From assembly GCA_023382265.1 (NCBI GenBank), contig JAMCPX010000017.1:4838-68837 (forward strand): a stretch of DNA of 64,000 bases. The letters are read 5' to 3'. Below the pieces are notes generated by a model. The model was not told the DNA's origin and ran no database searches. It saw only the letters and a program-made list of their open reading frames with translations. The stretch comes from Deltaproteobacteria bacterium (GTDB taxonomy: Bacteria; JAMCPX01). The translations under genes and the position numbers were made by a program. Positions within the stretch are counted from its first letter, which is position 1. Every line of letters begins with the position of its first letter. Of the stretch, positions 48,854-59,020 are shown piece after piece.

Positions 48854-49909
48854 ATGAATAATATGAAGAGAAAAGGCATAGCAAATATTGAAATAGGTAT
48901 GGTCTTGTCGGCATTTCTGCATTTGGCAGTTCTTCTGGTATTTGTTTATGTTTTTAGACTTAATAGCTCAGAAGCGTTGCCTGCTATGGTAAAACCGAAC
49001 GCGGATTATATTAGATTAACAACAATCCCGAAACAAAATAAGAATGAAATAGCCGCGAATAAGCCGGCACTAAAAAAAACGGACAAACAGGAAAAACTTA
49101 TTATAAAGAATCAGATCGTGGATATCCCAAAGCCGCTTATACAGGAAGAGCCAAAAAAAACCGCATACCTATCTGAATATTCACAGAGCGTAAAAAAAGA
49201 AATGGTAAGCAGACATAAAGGTGGCGGGTATGGAACAAACGTCAAAGAAACCATAGAGTTACATCAAAGTGCCGGTATTTCTCAAAACCCAGGGCAAACC
49301 AATACAAGTCCTCCCACACAATCTCAGCTTCAGGAGAAGAAAGCTAAAGAAGGTCTATCTAACATACCTGCTCATGGCTTATCTTTTACACAACAGTCAG
49401 GTTTACCCAACCAATTACAAGGACAGAATCAAGGTCCGGCACAGAATAAAACAAATATTGCCATGAATACTATGTTACCCTCATATTCAAGAATGCGGGC
49501 AATACCTGGGATTGGGGATAATAATTATCTGCCTGGGCTTAAAGAAGGGGATGTTACGCTTCTTAATACCAAAAGTTTTGTTTATGCCGGCTTTGTAAGA
49601 CGTGTCGCGTACAGGATATTTGACCAATTTATCTTTGAGGTACGGAATGATAATGTGTCATCGGACACTATAACCACAATAAACGGATATGCATATGTAG
49701 AAGCGAACATGTCTAAAGATGGTAAGTTGATTTCCGTTAATTTGTTAAAATCATCGGGTTCACCGACATGGGATAAGCTTGCTATCCAGGCATGTAAAAC
49801 ATCTGCATGGGATGCCAATCCTCCTAAGGGGGCGGAAGGCAAGGATGGAATAATACATTTTGTTTTTGCACCTGGGAGGGATGTTCTTGTAGTCGGGTTA
49901 CTTGAATAA
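48854..49909 (+). CDS. TonB-family energy transducer (N-terminal TM, Pro/Gln-rich spacer, TonB_C-like domain)
   Basis: N-terminal anchor, a low-complexity P/Q/K-rich middle, and a C-terminal TonB_C-like block (YVEANMSKDGKLISVNLLKSSGSPTWDKLAIQACKTSAW...P). Confidence 0.55.
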   Translation: MNNMKRKGIANIEIGMVLSAFLHLAVLLVFVYVFRLNSSEALPAMVKPNADYIRLTTIPKQNKNEIAANKPALKKTDKQEKLIIKNQIVDIPKPLIQEEPKKTAYLSEYSQSVKKEMVSRHKGGGYGTNVKETIELHQSAGISQNPGQTNTSPPTQSQLQEKKAKEGLSNIPAHGLSFTQQSGLPNQLQGQNQGPAQNKTNIAMNTMLPSYSRMRAIPGIGDNNYLPGLKEGDVTLLNTKSFVYAGFVRRVAYRIFDQFIFEVRNDNVSSDTITTINGYAYVEANMSKDGKLISVNLLKSSGSPTWDKLAIQACKTSAWDANPPKGAEGKDGIIHFVFAPGRDVLVVGLLE

Positions 49910-49976
49910 AGGGGTAAATCATATTATTGGTTTATTGAAAACTCTTGATATTAAGAAAGTATTCATTATATTTTAG

Positions 49977-51692
<1,716 letters not shown>

Positions 51693-51715
51693 TTTTAATC
51701 AGCATGAGGCAAAAA

Positions 51716-51741
51716 GCAGGCACAAAGTGCCTGCTTTTTTT
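51716..51741. terminator. bidirectional rho-independent terminator after groEL
   Basis: GCAGGCAC-aaa-GTGCCTGC hairpin flanked by A5 and T7. Confidence 0.65.
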
Positions 51742-51831
51742 GTGTGTACGACTTCAGGTAATGGAGGATGATCTCGCTGCGTAAGTCAGCAATGAATGCT
51801 GGTGGATAAATAAAGAACAAAAAAATTTGGC

Positions 51832-52527
51832 TTAATGTTTTTTGTCTTGCTCCGAGAGTGTTTCTTTGAATTCGGCTAATGTAAAAATGCCCTTTTTTAT
51901 AAGAATCGCTATTAATGCTTTTATGAATGGCTGCAATTGATTCTCTAAAGGTTCTTCAGTATTTTTTTCAAGTTCATCCTGTTTGATATGAGAATCTATC
52001 TGATATTTGTCCATTTTAACAGAAAGCTCTTCATCCTTTTGTGTTAGAATGGGCTCGTTAATCTTTGCAGGCAGAGGTTTATCTTTATAATAATAATTTA
52101 TAAAATCAGAAATCGTTGATTCCAGCGCGAGGACGGGTTGAATCTTATAACCAACCGCAAACTGAACTGCATCTATTGCTTCAAGGTTTGTAGGATCCGA
52201 CATTGCCAAATACAGACTGGGCTTGCCTGATGCAGCCTTGATTGCTAATGGTAAAATATTATATTTTTCCACAGTCTCAACATGTATGAGGTTAAGAACT
52301 TTTTTATCTATTGTAATCTTATAAAGATCAACCATTTGTATACCAAGCTGTTTACTGAGGAATTTGAGAATATCCATATCTTTTAAGAAACCTAATTTTA
52401 CGATTACTGTACCAAGCCTGCCTCCGTATTGTTTCTGATTCGATAGTGCAACTCTTAATTGTGTTTGATCTATAATACCATGTTCCAATAACATCTCACC
52501 AAGTTTTTTGTGAGCAGGTGGAGTCAT
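51832..52527 (-). CDS. standalone MshEN (T2SS-E N-terminal) domain protein, candidate c-di-GMP receptor
   Basis: Tandem 24-aa MshEN motifs with a 5-aa spacer: KLGEMLLEHGIIDQTQLRVALSNQ-KQYGG-RLGTVIVKLGFLKDMDILKFLSKQ. They are followed by the rest of a GspE_N fold and a short helical C-terminal tail. Confidence 0.7.
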   Translation of the reverse strand: MTPPAHKKLGEMLLEHGIIDQTQLRVALSNQKQYGGRLGTVIVKLGFLKDMDILKFLSKQLGIQMVDLYKITIDKKVLNLIHVETVEKYNILPLAIKAASGKPSLYLAMSDPTNLEAIDAVQFAVGYKIQPVLALESTISDFINYYYKDKPLPAKINEPILTQKDEELSVKMDKYQIDSHIKQDELEKNTEEPLENQLQPFIKALIAILIKKGIFTLAEFKETLSEQDKKH

Positions 52528-53309
52528 TTTAGATGCTGTTTCAGATCAGATTCCTTCATAATACCGCTGTCAATCAAAGTTTCTATAAGTGAATATAAGA
52601 CAGATTTGGTTTCCTTACCCGATAGAGTATTTGAGAGTTCTTGTGATAGCCCCTTTTTTGTACCAAGTGTTGAATCAAGAATTGCTTTTGCTTCTTCAGG
52701 CAATTCATTATCGGTTATTGTTGTAGATACGGACTGACCGCCAGGTTCATCGTGCATTATAACCATTTCCTCTGCATTTGAAGAATTTGTTACTTTTGGC
52801 TCATTTGGTGGTTGTTGTTCACCATTATTTACAGGTATTGCATTTCCAGGCATAAATTCTTCAACAGGATTATAATATTTTTTGATTGCGTTTGCTATAG
52901 CATTATCCGATGCCAAAACAGTTTTTATCGTGTATCCTGTTACGAATTGAAGTTCATCAAGGGATTCAAGGTTTGTAGGATCCGACATTGCTATAAACAA
53001 TACCTTTTTACCGCCTTCTATTTTTATACCGAGCGGTAAGACATTGTTCTTGGTTGCTATTTCCTCAGGAATTAATTCGATTGTGGATGGGCTGATCTTG
53101 ATCTTATCTATAGCTACATAGGGTATTTGTAACTGCTGGCTTAGAAACTTTAAAAGCTTTTCTTCTGTTATGAACTTAAGCTTTACCAGATTATTACCAA
53201 GCCTGCCTCCCCATTTTTGCCTTTCTGCAAGAGCAGCACGTAATTGGAATTGGTCGATAAGCCCGGCCTCAAGGAGTAAATCACCCAATCTCTTTTTACT
53301 TGTATTCAT
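52524..53309 (-). CDS. standalone MshEN (T2SS-E N-terminal) domain protein, paralogue of the previous gene
   Basis: RLGDLLLEAGLIDQFQLRAALAER-QKWGG-RLGNNLVKLKFITEEKLLKFLSQQ, then a GspE_N fold, a Pro/Asn-rich linker and the same C-terminal tail (LYSLIETLIDSGIMKESDLKQHL vs FIKALIAILIKKGIFTLAEFKETL). It overlaps the paralogue by 4 nt. Confidence 0.7.
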   Translation of the reverse strand: MNTSKKRLGDLLLEAGLIDQFQLRAALAERQKWGGRLGNNLVKLKFITEEKLLKFLSQQLQIPYVAIDKIKISPSTIELIPEEIATKNNVLPLGIKIEGGKKVLFIAMSDPTNLESLDELQFVTGYTIKTVLASDNAIANAIKKYYNPVEEFMPGNAIPVNNGEQQPPNEPKVTNSSNAEEMVIMHDEPGGQSVSTTITDNELPEEAKAILDSTLGTKKGLSQELSNTLSGKETKSVLYSLIETLIDSGIMKESDLKQHLK

Positions 53310-53631
53310 AGTTTTATTATATACTGTTTTATGATTATTTCAATGATCTTGATCACAGTGGTATTTTGAATAGAGGTTATGATCTGTATGATAGTTTAAG
53401 CTAAATAATGGCGACTTTTAGAAGTTATGTGATGATATGACTTAATAACTATGTATGGATACCTGTTGACAAAGTTATATGCACGCTATCTCAGTATACG
53501 CAATGTCTTACCCGTGCTGCATTATTTTTAGCAGTTCTGATAATACCTGCACCTGTACCATGACACATTAATCATATTTTACTTGTTTTACTGCTTGAGA
53601 TTATGTGCCATGACATGCTATTAGTAGCAGT

Positions 53632-54996
53632 ATGGATGTACAATTAAAAATGCTGGTAGTTGATGATCAGGAAAACATAAGATTTGCCGTATCAAATATA
53701 CTTAAAGCCAATAACTATGATGTTGTAACTGCCTCAGACGGGGATGAGGCATTTTTGGAGATTAAAAAACAGCATTATGATTTTGTTTTATGTGATGTAA
53801 AAATGCCAAAGATAGATGGGATGGAATTTCTAAGGGCATTGCAGAGACACAGAATAGACACGACCGTAATAATGATGTCTGCTTACGGAAATATCGATGC
53901 AGCAATAGAAGCTATAAAACAGGGCGCTTATGATTACATTCCCAAGCCTTTTAAACCCGATGAACTAATACTAACTATTAAAAAGGCAGAAGAACGGTTG
54001 AGACTTTACAATGAGAATGTCCGTCTTAGAAATGCAATCAGAAGAGATTATGATTTTAGTTCTATTTTAGGAAAAAGCACGAAAATACTTTCTATTTTAA
54101 ATCAGATCAAACAGGTAGCGGTTCATAAGACTACCGTTCTTATAACAGGAGAGAGCGGAACAGGTAAAGAACTTGTGGCAAGAGCAATTCACTATAACAG
54201 CGATCGCAGGAACAAGACTTTTGTATCAATAAATTGCGGAGCAATCCCCGAGAATCTTCTTGAGAGTGAGTTGTTCGGATATGTAAAAGGCGCATTCACG
54301 GGTGCATATACGAATAAGCAAGGACTATTTGAAGCTGCGGATCAGGGTAGTTTGTTCCTCGATGAGATCGGAGAATTGCCTGTTAATTTACAGGTAAAAC
54401 TTCTACGCGCCATTGAACAGTTACAAATAATGCGCATAGGCGATACAAGATCCATTGATATAGATGTGAGATTTGTGGCTGCTACATCAAGGGATCTTTT
54501 GGAACAAGTCAGGATTGGTAAATTCAGGAACGACCTTTTTTACAGGCTGAGTGTTTTCCATATTCATTTACCGCCTCTTAGAGAAAGGGAAGAAGATATT
54601 CCATTACTCGCAAATCATTTTTTAAAAAAGATTGCCAATGACATCAAAAAAACAATTAATAAATTCAGCGATGAAGCCATGAATATCATTATTAATTATG
54701 ACTGGCCTGGGAATGTTAGAGAGCTTGAAAATGTAATAGAAAGAGCGTGTATCATGAGCGAATATGATACAATTATGCCTGAAGATTTGCCTGATGCCAT
54801 TAAATCAAGTAGTGTAGAGGATATGATTACAGGACAAAAAGATTTATCAATTAAAAAGGCACAACGAAATCTTGAAATTAGGTTAATACAAAAAGCGTTA
54901 AAAAAAACCGCTGGAAATAAAACGCAGGCTGCAAAACTTCTTGAGATAAGTTTACGAGCCTTGATGTACAAGATTAGGAAGTATAATATTGAATGA
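53632..54996 (+). CDS. sigma54-dependent response regulator (NtrC/PilR family: REC-AAA+-HTH)
   Basis: REC domain (LVVDDQENIR...FVLCDVKMPKIDG), sigma54 AAA+ (GESGTGKELVARAIH, GAFTGA GAFTGA-box, ESELFGY) and a C-terminal Fis-type HTH. Confidence 0.9.
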   Translation: MDVQLKMLVVDDQENIRFAVSNILKANNYDVVTASDGDEAFLEIKKQHYDFVLCDVKMPKIDGMEFLRALQRHRIDTTVIMMSAYGNIDAAIEAIKQGAYDYIPKPFKPDELILTIKKAEERLRLYNENVRLRNAIRRDYDFSSILGKSTKILSILNQIKQVAVHKTTVLITGESGTGKELVARAIHYNSDRRNKTFVSINCGAIPENLLESELFGYVKGAFTGAYTNKQGLFEAADQGSLFLDEIGELPVNLQVKLLRAIEQLQIMRIGDTRSIDIDVRFVAATSRDLLEQVRIGKFRNDLFYRLSVFHIHLPPLREREEDIPLLANHFLKKIANDIKKTINKFSDEAMNIIINYDWPGNVRELENVIERACIMSEYDTIMPEDLPDAIKSSSVEDMITGQKDLSIKKAQRNLEIRLIQKALKKTAGNKTQAAKLLEISLRALMYKIRKYNIE

Positions 54997-55909
54997 GAAA
55001 GGGGGCTTTATGAAAAAGATATTTATTATACTGGCATTACCTTTGATTTTAATAAGCTGTGAGAAAAAAAATTCAACGGCAGAGAAATCGTTCCTCGGTA
55101 GTATTACGCAGAATACACCTGTCGAAAAACGGTTATTTATGATTACACCTGAAAAGCCTCATATAAACGATACCCTTAATATCGCCTTACCGGCAGCTAT
55201 AAAATTGAATAATATAGAATGGTATGTGAATAATGATTTTGTAGAGGAATCAAAAACGTTGCAGAATCAATTCAAAAAAGGAGATTATATTACCGCTGTT
55301 GTAAATTACAAGGATCATGACGGAAAACAAAAAGAGATCACAACCCCGCCTGTAAATATATTAGACAGTCCGCCCGTTATTACATCTGTTGTTATTAGGC
55401 CATCAAGACCGGCAATCAGTACAACGCTTATGGTATCGATAGAAGCTTCGGATCCGGATATGGATACTATGACATATAAATTAACATGGTATGTTAATGA
55501 TAAGATTATTGATGGAGCTACTGGTGATACATTTAGTTGCGCTTCGTATAAACAAGGGGATGCAATTCATGCCGTGGTTACTCCTTTTGACGGAGAGATG
55601 TACGGAACAAGCGTATCAAGTAATGTGGTTTTTATTCAGAACACACCTCCGTTAATAACATCTCTGCCTCCAACAACTACCACGGGGAGTTTATTTATAT
55701 ACAAGATACAAACTTTTGATCCGAATCAATATAAACTTACTTACAAACTGGAAGAATCTCCGCCTGGTATGGTTGTTAATAATAGTGGAGAGATTATCTG
55801 GGATACAAAAGATTTTAAAAAATCGGGAGTTGTTCCTGTTAAAATAGTCGTATCGGACGGATTTGGCGGAGCGGTAGCACAAAAATTTAGCATAACTATT
55901 ATTAAATAA
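54989..55909 (+). CDS. lipoprotein with two roughly 75-aa internal repeats (WYVN(D/N) signature) and a C-terminal cadherin/Ig-like domain
   Basis: Lipoprotein signal (LALPLILISC), tandem repeats spanning roughly residues 60-135 and 140-215, and a C-terminal beta-rich domain (EESPPGMVVNNSGEIIWDTK...VKIVVSDGFGG). Its start overlaps the regulator stop by 8 nt. Confidence 0.5.
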   Translation: MNEKGGFMKKIFIILALPLILISCEKKNSTAEKSFLGSITQNTPVEKRLFMITPEKPHINDTLNIALPAAIKLNNIEWYVNNDFVEESKTLQNQFKKGDYITAVVNYKDHDGKQKEITTPPVNILDSPPVITSVVIRPSRPAISTTLMVSIEASDPDMDTMTYKLTWYVNDKIIDGATGDTFSCASYKQGDAIHAVVTPFDGEMYGTSVSSNVVFIQNTPPLITSLPPTTTTGSLFIYKIQTFDPNQYKLTYKLEESPPGMVVNNSGEIIWDTKDFKKSGVVPVKIVVSDGFGGAVAQKFSITIIK

Positions 55910-55969
55910 CCTATAATTATAGTATAACTATGCGGAAATTACTTGACATTGGTAATAAAATATGAATAA

Positions 55970-56188
55970 ATGACATATATGAAGGGGCAAAATACCAAAA
56001 ATAACTTAAAGCAATACAGAGTAAGAGCTATGATGAGTAAAGCTGAGCTTGCAAGGAAATCAGGTGTTTCTGTTTTAACAATTACAAGAGCAGAAAATGG
56101 AAAAGAATGCAGGGTGGATACTAAGCGGAAGATCATGCAGGCACTCGGTTTAAAAATAACGGACAGAGAAAGGATTTTCCCTGATTAA
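55970..56188 (+). CDS. XRE-family helix-turn-helix transcriptional regulator (72 aa)
   Basis: HTH_XRE core MSKAELARKSGVSVLTITRAENG...IMQALGL. Confidence 0.6.
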   Translation: MTYMKGQNTKNNLKQYRVRAMMSKAELARKSGVSVLTITRAENGKECRVDTKRKIMQALGLKITDRERIFPD

Positions 56189-56205
56189 TTTAATAAGGAG
56201 TTAAT

Positions 56206-57259
56206 ATGGCTTTATTTGGCGGAGGTAAACAATTAATAGGCCTGGATATTGGCACAAGTAGCGTTAAACTTGTTGAACTCAAACCAATGGGGAAAAAGGG
56301 GTACCAGCTCCTCAATCTTGGCATATCGAACCTTCCTCCGGACACGATAGTCGATGGAGATATAATAAATACCACTGCTGTAAGTGATGCAATAAAAAGT
56401 ATACTTTCAAATTTAAAAATAAAGAGCAAATCTGTAGCAACTTCTGTATCAGGGCACTCTGTTATTATGAAAAAAATAAACATGCCCATTACTACGGATG
56501 AAGCTCTCGCGGAATCAATACAATGGGAAGCTGAACAATATATTACGTTTAATATCAATGAAGTAAATCTTGATTATCAGGTACTTGAAAGATCAACCGC
56601 AGAAGGACAGATGAGTGTATTTCTTGTAGCGGCAAAAAAAGAGCTTATAAATAATTATGTTACCGCTATCAGTGAGGCTGGGCTAAATATAGATGTAATA
56701 GATATTGATGTTTTTTCGTTGCAGAATATGTTTGATGCCAACTATTCGGAATATGCCGATGAAACTGTAGCTATTGTGAATGTGGGTTCAAGTATAACCA
56801 ATTTCAATGTCGTTAATAAAGGCATCCCCGTTTTTGCAAGAGATTTAACCCAGGCAGGTGGCAACCAGATCACAGAAGAAATACAAAAAGGCTTAAATAT
56901 TTCAAGAGAAGAAGCGGAAAAAAGAAAAACCGACAGCAGTGGACAAATGACCCCAGATGTGATTGAAATTATAAAAAATGCTTCTGATGCGATTGCCGCA
57001 GATATTCAAAGGTCGATAGATTTTTATCTGTCAACAGGGGGGGGGAAAAATAAATAGAATTATGATTGGTGGTGGAACTGCTAAAATAGCCGATTTTACC
57101 GATCTTATAGCAAAAAGGACAGGTATACCTGTTGAGATTATAAATCCTTTTAAAAATATTGCTGTTAATACCAAGGTATTTGATATTAACTACATAAAAG
57201 AAATATCGCCGATTGTTTCAATAGCAGTCGGACTTTCTATAAGAAGGTCTGGAGACTGA
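56206..57259 (+). pseudogene. pilM: type IV pilus assembly ATPase-fold protein PilM, split by a +1 frameshift in a G9 homopolymer (ORFs 56206..57057 and 57062..57259)
   Basis: Actin/FtsA-like PilM blocks (IGLDIGTSSVKLVEL, RSIDFYLSTGGG). The tract GGGGGGGGG at 57037-57045 shifts the frame. Deleting one G restores ...LSTGGGKINRIMIGGGTAKIADF..., the canonical PilM C-terminus. Confidence 0.75.
57037..57045 (+). repeat. G9 homopolymeric tract causing the pilM frameshift
   Basis: Nine consecutive G followed by A5; it lies inside the GGG-GGG-GGG Gly codon run of pilM. Confidence 0.8.
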
Positions 57260-57261
57260 TT

Positions 57262-57846
57262 ATGATGAAAATTAACTTAATAAAACAGGCAAGTAAGGGA
57301 ATATCAAAAAAAGAGATAGCGATTTATCAGCAGCTTATAATTGGAGTTGCTGCGGTTGTTGTTCTGATAGGAATTCTTGTGTTTTTAGAGTATTCTATAG
57401 AGAATGCGATATCAACTACAACAACCAAGATAACTTCACTTAATGAAGAAATGCTTCGTCTTAACAAAACTGTAAATCAGATCAATGATTTCAAAAAGAA
57501 GAAAGAACAAATAAAAGCAAAACTTGACATTATTAAAACCCTTGAAAAAAATAGAATAGCGCAGGTCGTTTTAATGGATGAATTATCAAAATCAATTCCA
57601 ATCGATCAAACAAGCATTATCTCTAAAAGATTATGGTTAACCTCTTTAAGCGAACAGGGTAATCTTGTATTGATGGAGGGTATAGCACTCGATAATGATA
57701 CCATAGCAAAATTTATGAAGGATCTGTCTCGTAATGGTTATTTTAGAGAGATTAAACTTCAGCAAACCTCGCAATTTACATCAAACGATCTTTTGCTTTA
57801 TAAATTTGGAATTACGTGCAAATATGTATTCAGCGAGAAGCATTAA
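57262..57846 (+). CDS. pilN: type IV pilus assembly protein PilN
   Basis: N-terminal INLIK motif, one TM, a coiled-coil periplasmic region, and its position after pilM. Confidence 0.75.
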   Translation: MMKINLIKQASKGISKKEIAIYQQLIIGVAAVVVLIGILVFLEYSIENAISTTTTKITSLNEEMLRLNKTVNQINDFKKKKEQIKAKLDIIKTLEKNRIAQVVLMDELSKSIPIDQTSIISKRLWLTSLSEQGNLVLMEGIALDNDTIAKFMKDLSRNGYFREIKLQQTSQFTSNDLLLYKFGITCKYVFSEKH

Positions 57847-57861
57847 TGAAGAGGGGATATT

Positions 57862-58464
57862 ATGGATATTAATCTTAATACTTTGTCAAAATTGACCTTA
57901 CAACAAAAAATATTATTGATAGGTGTCATAATGATACTTGTTGTTCTTTTAGACCTTTATTTGTGGCCCGGTTATTTTGCTGAAAGAAATAAATTGGCAG
58001 TGCTAAAGGCTCAAGAGCAGAATATTCAGGCAAAAGTGCTCGAAACACAGGCTATAACAGCACATCTTAATGAATTCCAGGATGAGCTTGATAAATTAAA
58101 TGAACAACTAAAAGAGGCTTTAACGAAACTACCCAATACGGAAGAAATTGATAAATATCTTCTCACTATTAATACGCTTGCTAAAACAACCGATATAAAT
58201 GTATTGCAAATACAGCCCCAGGCAGAACAGAATAAAGGATTTTATGCAGAAATCCCTGTTAGTATAAATGTTACAGGGCGGTATCAGGATATTGCTACTT
58301 TTCTTGATAAGCTAACGCATCTTCAAAGGATAGTGAATGTCTCGGCTCTGAATTTAAAAATTAAAGGACAATCTTCTATAGGTAAGACTATTTTAAACGC
58401 ATCGTTTATAACAACGGTTTTCAGATTTGTGGAGCAGAAAACCAACACAACAGGTAAAAAATGA
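57862..58464 (+). CDS. pilO: type IV pilus assembly protein PilO
   Basis: One TM, a coiled coil, and a ferredoxin-like C-terminal domain, in the position following pilN. Confidence 0.75.
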   Translation: MDINLNTLSKLTLQQKILLIGVIMILVVLLDLYLWPGYFAERNKLAVLKAQEQNIQAKVLETQAITAHLNEFQDELDKLNEQLKEALTKLPNTEEIDKYLLTINTLAKTTDINVLQIQPQAEQNKGFYAEIPVSINVTGRYQDIATFLDKLTHLQRIVNVSALNLKIKGQSSIGKTILNASFITTVFRFVEQKTNTTGKK

Positions 58465-58477
58465 AAAAGGGTAATGT

Positions 58478-59008
58478 ATGAAAAAAATAAGCAGATTTAG
58501 GTTTCTCAATTTAATATTGTTGGTCTTGTTGATATCGGGCTGTAAAAGCAAAACAGTTTCAAAACCGGTTAATATTCAAAAACCGTTATCGGTTTCAACA
58601 ACTCAGATTCAACCTAAGACTACTGCTGTTACAGCAACACAGGGTACAACACAACAAAATGAATTTACTTATACTTATAATCCGGCAGGCAAACCCGATC
58701 CATTTGAACCATTTGATATATCAAAAATAAAACCATCGGCACAGCTTACCCCATTACAACAATTTTCATTGGATCAACTAATATTAAAAGGTATAATCTG
58801 GGGTGTATCGGATGCAAAGGCGATAATTCAAGATCCAACGGGTAAGACTTATATAGTCGGCAAGGGAGCAAAAATCGGTAAAAATAATGGTGAAATAGTC
58901 AGAATACTCGATGATAGGGTGATTATTCTTGAAAACTATACAGATGTTTTTACAGGTAAAATAAAAACAAACGAAGTTACAATGCAGTTAAAGAAAACAT
59001 CCCAATAA
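58478..59008 (+). CDS. pilP: type IV pilus assembly lipoprotein PilP
   Basis: Lipoprotein signal (LLISGC), a Thr/Gln-rich linker, and a C-terminal beta-sandwich (LKGIIWGVSDAKAIIQDPTGKTYIVGKGAKIG...VRILDDRVIILE). Confidence 0.7.
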   Translation: MKKISRFRFLNLILLVLLISGCKSKTVSKPVNIQKPLSVSTTQIQPKTTAVTATQGTTQQNEFTYTYNPAGKPDPFEPFDISKIKPSAQLTPLQQFSLDQLILKGIIWGVSDAKAIIQDPTGKTYIVGKGAKIGKNNGEIVRILDDRVIILENYTDVFTGKIKTNEVTMQLKKTSQ

Positions 59009-59020
59009 AGGGGGCATAAA

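Noticed and set aside
53310-53631. sigma54 (-24/-12) promoter in the MshEN / response-regulator divergent region
   Set aside because: A TGGCAC hexamer exists on the minus strand near 53612, but the GC element at the required 10-nt spacing is absent. No confident call without PWM scoring.
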